Below are positions 49,905-64,000 of a stretch of 64,000 bases of DNA, one piece after another (the stretch's first letter is position 1; each line of letters starts with the position of its first letter). The stretch is from Lingula anatina (lineage: Eukaryota; Animalia; Brachiopoda). Under the pieces are notes generated by a model. The model worked only from the letters and a program-made list of their open reading frames with translations. It was not told the origin of the DNA and searched no databases. The stretch lies in NCBI GenBank assembly GCA_051362555.1, contig CM120642.1, positions 31,000,001-31,064,000 of the forward strand. The letters run 5' to 3'. A program made the position numbers and the translations under genes.

Positions 49905-52071
49905 TATCATATGGGGAAAGTCTTTGTTTGACCAATTTTACAGATAAATTAATTAAGTAATGGCTTCTTATCTATTAATATTAATATATTTTGATAATTT
50001 GTTGAAAGATTGAAATATCCCACAATGCAGTTTGCAGGGACGAAATATAGAACGCCACAAAAATGACTCAACTGTAGGTCGGAAAATGAAATAGCGTGTC
50101 ACATTCTCTTGAACTTTCTCGCAGTTTTTTAAACATGCCTCTAAAGTTTTCCAATCAACCAGGCAAGCATTCAGAGAATGCCCTTCTTAGTAACAAAACC
50201 CTATTATTAGGAATATTTGTTATCTAGTTAGGTAAAGTCCATATCTAATGTGCAGTTGTTAATTAACTGGCAATGCTTTATCTCAGGTCATTAAGGTCGG
50301 GCTGACAATGGTACCGATATGACGTACTTGTATCAATACTGGAGCAAATGATAAAATAAAATAATTAATAACAGACTACTGTAGGTGCATGACGTATTGT
50401 AGGAGAATGATTTTGGAGAAGGCATTGTTTTATGACGAATGCACGGCTCGCTTATATTTAATTTTTAAAGCCCCCGTCACACTTATTCGGAATCAGCAGT
50501 AATCAAGCAGACCCTACCCTGAGTGTCAGAGCAACGTACATGTAAAAGCTAGCTTGTTAAATATTAAATACACCTTATGATGGAGTCGCTTTTACTAAGC
50601 TCTGGCGAACAGCGACCATGTTCGACTTCCGTCAATCAAAAAGAACTGCTCCACAGTGAATCTGCAGCTGAATATCATTAAACCAAATTGAAACGTAAAA
50701 CAGATTTAATTCTGCTTTATTTAACTTTATTTACTGTATTTAAGAAGTAAAGTGAAAAAAGAAATGATATTCGTCGAAAACAAAAGATGTATTCAATGTT
50801 TCTGTATTTTTGCTTATCAAAAAACGTTTGCCCCTGGAGGTATGAACACAATACACGTGCTTGCTGTGTGCCAAGTTTGACAGCTACACTGTATGCCCGA
50901 TACCTCTTTAAGGGCTGCGCAATGGTTATACCAAAATCAGTTTTTAAAGCAGAATGTTGCTTGTATTGTGGCACTGACTTTCGGCTGCAAGATATTCTTA
51001 ATTCAAACTTCTAACTCTGCGTCAGCCACTTTGCTTCTTGTCTCGTCTGCACGAGATAACGTCAGCGCAAGGTGGGAAAGGCAGCTCAAGGCGGCCAAAC
51101 CTGACGTACGAGACTTATGACTTCCAAATGTGGATTCAGGCGGACAGAGCTGTGACGTGTGACGTGTGACTTCCAAATATGGAAGCGCCCCAGGCAAAAG
51201 TTTTGAAGAAGAGAGCCCACAGTTTGTCGGTGATCACTAGAGCCAGCTGGTATTGCTGATATGGGTTATATATGAAATCAAGATCGAGCTGGCAATACCG
51301 GAAATTAGAACCTAGGGTAGCAGACCAAGCCGGAATGACTTAATTAAAAAATTCGTACTGCATTCGGGAAGAAATTTCAAATTGATCTAAATTCTTGTAG
51401 ATTGCCGTTGGAATACTCACATTCGTGCACATTTCGGCTGTATTTGCTCTCAAATGTAGCTGGAAAACTAGGAATATCAATGATGATGTCTGAATGCAGT
51501 CAGAATATTTAGAAAACACTTTGAATGCAGTAAGAGTGTAGTTCGATTGCTGGCTGAAGTAGGATCTAGATGCATTCGAGTTGCATCCTGGCTCATTCTA
51601 GCAGGATTTGAAATGTCTTGGCATTTCGGTTCTCCCTCGAATGTGATCAGAATGTTTCGAATGCTGTTGAAATGCTGTGAGAATATTAAGAATGCAGTCA
51701 TAGTGCAGTTAGAATACTATTCAAATGTCATTCAATGATTTTCCACTTGGAATGCACTTCGAAAGTTTTTAACAGGAGCAAAACATTCGGGCCGGCCACA
51801 AGATTGGGTAAAAATATTTGGAATGCACTCGGAATTTTTAGAATGCTCTTCAAATATCCAGGAACGCACAAAGAATTGTCTTTCCGACGGCATTCTTGCT
51901 TATTCCGCCTCTAGTGTGACGGGGGTATAAAACAATTTCAGTGATTTCAATTTAAGAAGAAAAGCACTTGGTGAAATCTCCGACAAGAGAAATAATTAAT
52001 TAACAGTATACCATTACTAAAATAATTAAACTGCAAGAACTGGTCAAACAAAGACCTTCGCCCACGTGATA
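49905..52071. mobile_element. Non-autonomous TIR element hosting the Harbinger insertion
   Basis: TATCATATGGGGAAAGTCTTTGTTTGACCA at the left and TGGTCAAACAAAGACCTTCGCCCACGTGATA at the right are inverted copies. Confidence 0.6.
50469..51927. mobile_element. PIF/Harbinger-type non-autonomous element
   Basis: TIRs CCCCCGTCACACT / AGTGTGACGGGGG with TAA on both flanks. The paralogous empty site at ~53018 has a single TAA. Confidence 0.85.
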
Positions 52072-52399
52072 AATGTAATTTACACGTCGTTAAGTCAATC
52101 CTTTGTTATAAAAACGAATGATAACGTTTCAACAGAGAGATAACGAGAGAATGCATTTAACCGAAGGTCAAGTTTGAACCACGGAGCCTGTCTCTTGAAG
52201 GATTTCTTAAACTGTTTTACATGTAAATGAACGCAGCTTCAGGGCATAACATCGAGTCATGTGAAACTCACTAAATTATTTTACTTCAGTTCAAATCAAT
52301 GCTTGAAGATGATTCTCAACCCCCTAACTGTCCTGATAATGTTAACAGCGCATGCAGTACATAAACAACAATTCTGTTATTTTCCAAATCTAAAATATG

Positions 52400-52766
52400 C
52401 ATGTCATACCTATAAAGATTTCCAATCAACCAGGCAAGGAAACAGGGAATGTCCAGCTCAGTAACAAAAACCTGTAGTCACCTCCTATTTTGAGGTATGT
52501 TTGTTATCAATTAAGGTAAAGTCCACATCTAATGCGCAGACGTAACTGGCAATGCTTTATCTCAGGTCATTAAGGTCGGGCTGACAGCGCTACAGGTATG
52601 ACGTACTTTATCAATACTGGAGCAAAGGATAAAATTTATATAATATGCGAAATCCATTTCAGAATCATAAAGAAATTTATATAATATGAGAGATTAAAGA
52701 AGACTACAAACTACTATTTAACAAATTTATTCAGTTAAATTGGCATAATATGCAGTATATTCATTC

Positions 52767-52821
<55 letters not shown>

Positions 52822-53100
52822 TTTTACAATGCTTTATCTCAGGTCATTAAGGTCGGGCTGACAATGGTACAGGTATGACGTACTTTATCAATACTGGAGC
52901 AAATGATAAAATAAAATAATTATTAACAGACTACTGTACGTGCATAAAATATTGTAGGAGAATGATTTTGAAGTATTGTTTTATGACGAATGCACGGCTC
53001 CCTGATATTTCATCCTTTAAGCATTCTTTATGATTTCATTTTAAGAAGAAAAGCACTCAGTAGGCCTACAATCTCCGGCAAGAGAAATAATTAACAAATA
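52400..53100 (+). repeat. Mosaic of local duplications (copies of 50140-50460 and of the ankyrin-gene 3' flank 53440-53710)
   Basis: CAATGCTTTATCTCAGGTCATTAAGGTCGGGCTGACA occurs at 50271, 52550 and 52827; 52650-52828 copies 53440-53710, including the (AAT)n tract. Confidence 0.8.
52769..52820. repeat. (AAT)n microsatellite
   Basis: Read directly from the sequence. Confidence 0.95.
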
Positions 53101-53619
53101 GTATTAATTGTATTAATTAACTCAATTTCAGTATCTGGATGATAATAAAGGTCCCGGAGGTTTACAATATTCTTCAGGTCGAGATTAACGGTGTAACGTG
53201 ACAGAGAGTCCCCCATGATAGAGAGTAGACGGTAAGTGAAAGCCTGCATGATCAGAAAAATCCGAACCGGATTTCTATCTGTGCTGGCTCAGTTCAATTG
53301 GACAATGTAAAACAAACTCTCTGATATCAGGTGCTAAAATGAAATAATTATACATTTACATTTTGTGTGGGTGGCCAGACGAAGGACATGCGTCCCCTCT
53401 TTGCCAGACCCGCCTATGATTTGCAAACTGCAAACATCTAAATCCATTTCAGAATCTTAAAGATATTTATATAATATGCGAGATTAAAGAAGACTACAAA
53501 CTTCTATTTAACAAATTTATTCAGTTAAAGTAAAAGTGATACAGAAAAGATGCAAAATGTTCCACATGTCTCCAACTAATAACGAATTGGCATGATATGC
53601 AGTAGGCCTATATTCATTC

Positions 53620-53621
<2 letters not shown>

Positions 53622-53693
<72 letters not shown>

Positions 53694-53703
53694 TAATAAT
53701 AAA
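53622..53703. repeat. (AAT)n microsatellite with GAT interruptions
   Basis: Read directly from the sequence. Confidence 0.95.
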
Positions 53704-53876
53704 ATTTTACTGCAGACGAAAATTCAAATATTTTGATTCTGATTATCTCGAAGATGGTTGTATAATAAGATACTAAGGAAAATTTTGATTTTTCTCTTTC
53801 ATTGTTTTCTATGACCCTTCAGATATCTACATGGTAAACAAGACGGCAACATAAGAAAATCCGATGTAAACATTAT

Positions 53877-55799
53877 CTATGTCTCTTTTAAACTCAGTGT
53901 GGACCCAAATTTTGTTCGGGTTTCCTTGACCATGATTTGGATAGCTTCAACTATATCCCTTCTCCCGCTGGCGTCCAATGCTTTCAGCAGTTCCAGAGCA
54001 TTTAAATATAATCCACTCGCGTTTCTCCATCCACTCAACGCGTCTAAAGCTTGCCGGTAAGGATCGTCTTTATACTTGCGTTCGAGCTGTTTAATCCTAG
54101 GAATGACGTTGTTCCCACGGCCTACGGCAAACATAAGCCTCGAGTACACTTTACCCCAGTCTGTCCCCAACATGTCGGCAACCACGTCCATAATGGTAGT
54201 AGCCAGTGGTTCACCCACGTCTTTCCATGTCGTCGTCACTTGGTTTTCCTTGAGTTCCACCAATTCCTTGCCGATTCTCTGGACTCGCTTGTCCTGGTAT
54301 TTCTTGAGATGGCTCATTTCTCGATTCAAACGGTCCAGCTTGTGTTCCAGGTGCTTCACTTTGTCATCCAGGGCAATATGCTCGCTTAGTTTGATCTCGA
54401 GGCCGGTTATCCGTTTACTCAGCGCTTCTATGCCTTCCTTAGTATCGGACTGAAGCTTGGCGTGAGCACTTTGTACGTTTTTATGGTCTTTGCCCATTTG
54501 TTCGAGTTCGGTTCCTAATTTGGTTACTCGGCCGTGTAAACCTTTGATCTCCGCCGCGGCCATTTCTTCTTCCGTTGGGACTTTTGTGAACTCCACGGAT
54601 GGTGTGGTCAGTCGCATCTGCCGCATCACCATCTCTATAATATCCTTATTACCAGCGTACTGTACAGCAACTTTGTTGTCCAAGTCCCGTATAGTTAGGT
54701 CCGGTGGGGAGCGTTCGTTTGTGGCTTTCAGGAGGAGCTTAACGACATTGATGTAGTCGTGTCTGCAGGCCAGATGCATCGGCGTCTCTCCGCGCTTATT
54801 TGTCAGATTTAAGTTTGTTTTTGCAGCGCTCTTTAATATATCAACGGTCTCAAAGCGACCGAGGAGACAACAAATGTGCAACGGCGTACTGCCGTCGTCG
54901 TCTTGAGCATTGGGATCGCAGCCTAACCCAATAAGGCATTTGACTAGTTCTTTTTGAGGGCCTGTTTTCCTCAGGACGGCCAGGTGAAGGGCAGACCGCT
55001 TGTCCTTGTCACGGATATTCGGGTCACAACCCTTTTTGAGCAATTCTTCTACGACGTTAAGGTAGCCATTCTGCACAGCGTAGTGGATTGGAGCGTTGTC
55101 GTCTTCGTCTTTTGCGTTAAGATCGGCGCCGCGTCCGCAGAGTAAAGTCACAATATCGTATTGTCCGTTCTTGCTGGCGTAATGGAGAGCAGTGGCGTGA
55201 CGTTTGTCTCTACCATTGACGTCAGCGCGTCGATCAAGAAGATCTTCCAGAACAGCCAAACAGCTTTTCTTAACGGCTAAGTGTATGGGGAGATCACCCT
55301 GTCCGTTCTCGATGTCCAGAGTCTTCCCCTTGTGGTCTCGCTGGAGCAGGATCTTGGCAATGGCGACCTGTTTCTCAGCGACGGCGTAGTGAAGGGGCAG
55401 ACATTGCTGGCTATCACGTTTACTACTGTTCGCTCCTCGCTCCAGCAGCAACTTAACATTCTGTGCTTGGCCAAGTCGCGTCGCTATGTGTAAGCAGGTG
55501 GAGAGTTTGGCGATGCGGACTTTATTTCCCCGTGCATTGTACACCTGAGCGTCGGCCAGCATGTCGATGTCTATATCAACGGCGTTGGGAGGGCTGAGAA
55601 CGGTATCCAGGACGTACTCCAACAGGGCTGGCCCACCGTAACCGGCAGCTGCGTGAAAGGGGGTGATGCCGTCCTTGTCAAAGGGGCGGGTGACACAGAG
55701 GTGCTTCACTCTGTCATTGTCCATTATGTCGAGAATATCCTTCACTCCCTTATGGTCTTTCTTCTTCATGCGATCTATAAGACGCCTGCCGTCCGCCAT
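53877..55799 (-). CDS. Ankyrin-repeat, coiled-coil and death-domain protein (640 aa, single coding exon)
   Basis: About 9 ankyrin repeats (TPFHAAA, TCLHIAT, LPLHYAV, LPIHLAV, TALHYAS, APIHYAV, SALHLAV, TPLHICC, TPMHLAC), then a heptad-rich ~110-aa segment. C-terminal death-domain pattern VADMLGTDWGKV..IKQLE..QALDAL..WR..LLKALDASGRRDIVEAI. Good Kozak AAAATGG; splice acceptors at 55822/55848 upstream. Confidence 0.92.
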   Translation of the reverse strand: MADGRRLIDRMKKKDHKGVKDILDIMDNDRVKHLCVTRPFDKDGITPFHAAAGYGGPALLEYVLDTVLSPPNAVDIDIDMLADAQVYNARGNKVRIAKLSTCLHIATRLGQAQNVKLLLERGANSSKRDSQQCLPLHYAVAEKQVAIAKILLQRDHKGKTLDIENGQGDLPIHLAVKKSCLAVLEDLLDRRADVNGRDKRHATALHYASKNGQYDIVTLLCGRGADLNAKDEDDNAPIHYAVQNGYLNVVEELLKKGCDPNIRDKDKRSALHLAVLRKTGPQKELVKCLIGLGCDPNAQDDDGSTPLHICCLLGRFETVDILKSAAKTNLNLTNKRGETPMHLACRHDYINVVKLLLKATNERSPPDLTIRDLDNKVAVQYAGNKDIIEMVMRQMRLTTPSVEFTKVPTEEEMAAAEIKGLHGRVTKLGTELEQMGKDHKNVQSAHAKLQSDTKEGIEALSKRITGLEIKLSEHIALDDKVKHLEHKLDRLNREMSHLKKYQDKRVQRIGKELVELKENQVTTTWKDVGEPLATTIMDVVADMLGTDWGKVYSRLMFAVGRGNNVIPRIKQLERKYKDDPYRQALDALSGWRNASGLYLNALELLKALDASGRRDIVEAIQIMVKETRTKFGSTLSLKET

Positions 55800-58700
55800 T
55801 TTGGATTTTTATCTGTGGTATCTGAAAAGAACCGTCTTCTGTTTTACCTGAAAGAAAAGGATGATGGAATAAGCAAAATTGTTATATTATAATTATTGAA
55901 GTCATTGAAGAAATAAATAGATGTCAGCCATACTGCAAGTAAATCGGTTGCCCTTTAATTTTTATTTAAATCATTAAAAGAAAATATTTTTTCGTCTTAC
56001 ACTAGCTAGTGCCTAATTTTCATGATATTTTTTCAAGATATCTGTATATGTGTGTCACACTGCTGAAAGATTCCAACTGTCAACTTCGCCTGCATGTGTT
56101 ACCATTATATAAAATGTTTAATAAAAACTAACTAGTCATTACAAGACTGTGCAAAGGAGATTTTTTAAAGAATCGATATGTATTTTTCCCTAGCTGAAGT
56201 ACGGTCCAGGCTAAACATGCTCCTGTCTGTCCAGTGGTACCTCGTAAATAACAGTGATAAATTATGTTAATGACCTACTAATAGCTAAAACAGTGCAGTG
56301 TTAGGGCAAGCATACCAGATGCGTTGTAAAAAACCAATACCACAGGTCTACCGGAATTACAATTTTAAAACGTGAGGACCTAGATTTAATTGTATATCAT
56401 TTTTAAGAACCTGCATTACAGCTTAAAAATAATTTTCAAAATTATGAAGACACCGGCACCTTTGACATTGGTGTTATTACCGACGATGTAATCAATGACA
56501 TTGATTTTAGGACGTGTAAAACTGGATCACCGTGGGAGTCTTACTTGAGATGTATAAGAAACCCGAGGGTGGTTAATCCGAACAATTCCTTAATATTACG
56601 TAATACACGCGTTAAATTTCAGAAAATAAAATTAACTTCCTCTCTCTCGGGACAATGTTCCCTTTTTGGTAGCATTTTTGTAATGTTATGTAGAAACTTC
56701 CAAATTTATCAATACAATAAATTTAGTCAACAACACGCGACCAGCTAAACTAGATCTAGAGCCCTAGCTAGCACTGGTTGACGGAGAGTTAAATACATTT
56801 CACACTTTTCATGCATTATATATATATTTATTTTAACCTTCGTGAGGGCTTTTTAAAAAGCAATAAGCAACTCCTTTCCAACAGTTACAATTCAACATAT
56901 GGGCAAACCTGTAATAAATTGGTCACATAAGCACTAGTCCATCGTATATAATACCGTATATGATAGTATATAATACATACAATATATGTTTTCTTTGCCA
57001 CATACCGGGATTAAATTAAAGCAGTGGTATCACTCTGACAATTATTATAATACTTACTATCTGTTCTCTACATCATGCTAGCCTACACATCATCTTACAT
57101 CATATGTTTTGTTTTACTTAATCTCAGTTGTCGGCAGTCATGGAGACGGCCAGCGTCTGTTAGTGCGCAACTCACTGCCTTGGAGCAACGCGCAGGGTTC
57201 AACGCCAGACCAAAACCACGAACTGGTTAAATCAAAAAGTTCAGCCTTCATTGTTTTACCATAAGGCTAGCAGCATACGTGCAGGGGAGGGGTATTGAAA
57301 ACATGCCACAAATGTTCCTACAGGACGGTCTTTGTGTAGAGGCCCCTCGTGTCAGCTCATCAAGGGGAACCCTTAACCGCGATACAGGGTTCGTGACACT
57401 GAACTCTGAAACAAAGTTCTTCCATAATACCTGCCAACAATTGATTTCGCTCTTCATTAAATAACAGTAGCGGCACAGGTAAATGTTTAAATGGTAGGAG
57501 AGCTTTATGAAAGGTGTTTGGTGCAGTGAATACAAGTGTTGTTTGTTAACAACAAAGGGCACCCTTTTCAATGCGTTTCTTTATTTGTACATGTATTGGG
57601 TCTATTTTCGTGAACGGGCTTTAACTGAAATGGAAAAGCAACATGCACTAGTATGTTCAAGCGACTTCCCTCTTTTACTTTGTCATATATAAATTGGGAA
57701 TTGCGCTTAATGTCATTTTCACCTACCAAAGTGGCACCCGACGATATATACGCCTTAAATACAAAAAGGGACGAATTATATTTATTATGTTTTCATCACA
57801 TAACCAAAATGAATTATATGGCTAGTTAATACAAAATTGAAATTTTTAATAACATTTCCTAATTCAAAACAAAACCTTTAAATAACACAAAAACCTATAT
57901 ATATAGCAATATTTCTCTCCTTTATTGTAAAGAAGGTATAAATGGAAGCAATTTTCAAGCAAGCTTCAATTTTCTACGAATAAATAATGATAAACTTGCT
58001 AGCGCTGTTGACAAAACAGGCACAAAAATAACTCTGAACGCTGGCTGGCTTACATGTACACTGTATCGCACAACGTGCCTTTCTTAATAATAATAATAAC
58101 AAAATAACACTGTGGACTAGTATAGTATAGTATACATCTTGCGCTTTATGAAAGTTGAAATCCATCTAAATAAATACTAGTTTTAATTTTCAGTGTATTT
58201 GTCCCTCAAAAGTTTTGACGGAAATCAGTTTCTTATGTACATTTTAACAATGTATTATTGTAGAGTAAATCATTATTGTTTTTATTATTATCATTTTTCA
58301 AAACAATTCATTTCTGTACTGGAACATAGATTATAATGATCTCATACAATGTAATAATAATAATAATTATTATTATTATTGTTATCATATCAAACAAATA
58401 GTAGAATGGCGAAATTGCGTGTCAATTTCTTTGCGTTGCTATACAAGAAAGACCCTAGTCTTTTTCAGCCAAGTAGGCGTGTTTTGTATTTTGTGCTTCA
58501 GTCTTGTTAAATCCCATAAGCTGTAGATCATTAACAGCTATAAACTGCTTTCATTTTTTCTTATATCTATGACACTACCTACAAACACTTGGGAATTAAC
58601 TAAATGTTTGCTGCAGTTATGCTGCTTAATAATTCTTGTTTTTTTTTCTAAACAGCATTTAACTTAAAATGTGGCACTTTTGCATCCATTGTTGGTATTA

Positions 58701-60501
58701 CGTGTGCTTTACTCCTTTCAATTTAAAAAAATTCTATTTTGTGCAAAGAACAAAATCTTTTCATATTCATGATGAATTTTTAATAATTAAAATTACATTT
58801 AAAAATAAAACAGTAATGCAATATTTTGTCTATCTACTAATTTGCCACATTTTCATGGCCTAGCTAAAACTAATTCTTAGTTACATATTACTACATTAAA
58901 CTGATATTAATACTTTCAATACACATTATTTCAGAACTAATTGCATAATGCAAAAAAAATTGATTTCCCTCCCATTTCAGTCACTACCATTAAATAAGTT
59001 TTTATTTAATATATAAAGAAGTGACCGCAAAGACTGGAAAAAGTACAACTGCAAACTTCTTCCACAATGAGACATTTATGCAATGATTAAAAGGCGACAA
59101 ATAAATGACACATTTTCCGTCATCAATCCTTCGTTCAACTTCCCCACAATCAATGTTACCGAAAAGAATTATACACATGTATGTTAAGTAAATACATAAC
59201 CTAACAGAGGAGATGACTAGCTTAAAGTTAATTTTGACTTCTATTTTCATGGTATCTCCCTGTACACATAGGCCTAAAGAACTGTTGTAGTAAGTCAATG
59301 ACTCCCAAGATATTGAACAGTGATAGGAGTACTGTGCCATATACAGGGTGTCAGAAAAAACTAAGCATTTTATTCTTTAAAAAAAAATTGGCCTACTGTA
59401 TGAACTGTGATATGTTCTTTTTTTAACATACTTGAAGTATAATTATCCAAAATACTCTAAACATGTTTTTATCAATTTAAAAAATAAGAATGAGACATTG
59501 ATTATTCATTTTTTTTAAATCAAAGTTTAGTTTATCATACTGACACCTCCAATACTTTTTTTAATTTTACTCAAAACACAACAACGTTTTTGTTTGTTTG
59601 TTTGTTTGTTTGTTAGTTTGCTTGCACCTTCTATGATCATTTATGTATAGCCATATTTGTGCATATGTAACTTTTCATAAACCCTAGATTTACACTGGAA
59701 AATGTACAAATTGTTCACAAATTAAAAAACGACGTCTCTCCACCAATACCTAATAACATATATCAACAACATATTTATCAACTCTCTTAACTTGAATCAG
59801 ACCCAGCTTTTTACAACATAAATTAAAACTCTGTAATAATAAATTAAAAGCACTGCTATGCTAAGCATTTATACAAAAATATAACCAGCACATGTCATGT
59901 TACAGCAGTCACCCAACACTGTGACTGATAAATAATGCATCTCATAGCAGTATCATGACAGTGACAATAACACCTCACTAATACTGTATTAACACCACTA
60001 AACAACAACGTTGCACTGTCAGCAATACATTGCACAAGTTAACTTTATACAGGGGTCTTAAAAACTTCAACAACAGTTTATTAGTACTTTGACATTAAAT
60101 CACTCTCATTCTGGGACCATCTTTAGCAATAAGCCTTACTATACTGTGCCAATCCTGTAACTAAAGTCGGTGCTTGATGCTTTAATTTTATGTGAACTTC
60201 ATCCAAGTCAGCCTCAGCTCCGTGGATAAATTCACAATCATACAAAAATCACAAAAATCTGTGATTTTTGTGCCAATCCACAGGGTTTTTCTCCTCTGCA
60301 GTACCTTTACCATTCCAAAGCATCTTCATCTGCATCTAATTCAGATTGACAGTTTTTAATATGAGGGACAATCACTAAGGTTACCTTTCTTTGTGTGTGT
60401 GTGTGAGTAACAAGTAAAGTTGAAGGTTTTTCATGGAGGAAAAATATGAAATTGCCCTCACTCTTCTCTGAACCTGCAGATGAAATACTAAGTAATACTT
60501 A

Positions 60502-60715
60502 GGGCGCATTCCCATAGATTTTAGATTCATCTATCCCTGTGGGGAGTCTCACTAGATTACTGTCAGATAATCCGGCTTAAATGTCAGTCCCGCCTACTAC
60601 AAGCTGTAAGGGAGTAATTAACTTTCGTGCCCGCTCGGCTGACAGCCATTTAGCATGAACCCCCAGGGAGTTAGGTCGATCTAGTTGGATCGATCTAATC
60701 TATGGGAATGGGGTC
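60502..60715. mobile_element. Tourist/Harbinger-type MITE
   Basis: TIR core CATTCCCATAGATT / AATCTATGGGAATG, with TTA on both flanks. Confidence 0.8.
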
Positions 60716-61044
60716 TTAGTTAATGAATACACCTACACAACACTGAATACCAAATCATTCAAAATGAATACATATCTTCATTTGTTGTGACTTTTCTTCC
60801 TGTATACTCACTCCTCATGCTCATATCACTTGCATTTTGTAACTGTGAAGTTGTCTCCATGCTTAAGTATTCAGTCATGTCAGTCATGCTCCCACAGAAG
60901 CAATAACAAGTTTATTACTGTATATATTTACACCAAAGCATCCATAATAACAACATCAGTTGTGACTTTTCTTTCCATATACTCTGCACCCTACTCTCAC
61001 TTGTAACAAAGAATGTAGGTGCATATGGATAAATATAAGCACCA

Positions 61045-64000
<2,956 letters not shown>

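Noticed and set aside
54051-55892. Several + strand ORFs over the ankyrin gene (likewise 21843-23185 and the - strand ORFs over the LINE and IRG genes)
   Set aside because: Antisense shadows of real coding sequence with no independent motifs.
57248-57571. 107-aa - strand ORF with an acceptor near 57431
   Set aside because: No recognisable motif in any frame; it could be a UTR exon but cannot be supported.

Overview
This is animal genomic DNA: AT-rich, with GT-AG introns and dense transposon remnants; a marine invertebrate is likely, but the species cannot be fixed from the sequence. Bases 1-21 kb are almost all transposon debris: a 5'-truncated but otherwise intact Rex1/Babar LINE, several Tc1 elements, MITEs, and a 5-kb Helentron-like element carrying a ~161-bp tandem array. 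Bases 21.8-55.8 kb hold a compact group of immune/cell-death-type genes. These are (i) an intact single-exon ankyrin-coiled coil-death domain gene (53877-55799, -); (ii) a 5'-truncated paralogue of it (21854-23173, -), fused head-to-head to a fragment encoding three copies of an unrecognised six-Cys module; (iii) an IRG-like protein (26673-29558, +) whose GTP-binding motifs are lost and which carries a ~400-aa acidic insertion; and (iv) a spliced gene (33198-47782, -) encoding a membrane anchor, a class 3 lipase domain with Tyr in place of the catalytic Ser, a Gly-rich hydrophobic hairpin and a C-terminal P-loop GTPase. The window ends in the 3' exons of MMAA. The best candidate for an undescribed system is this pseudoenzyme and death-domain cluster; its function is inference only. 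All gene models and alignments were made by eye.
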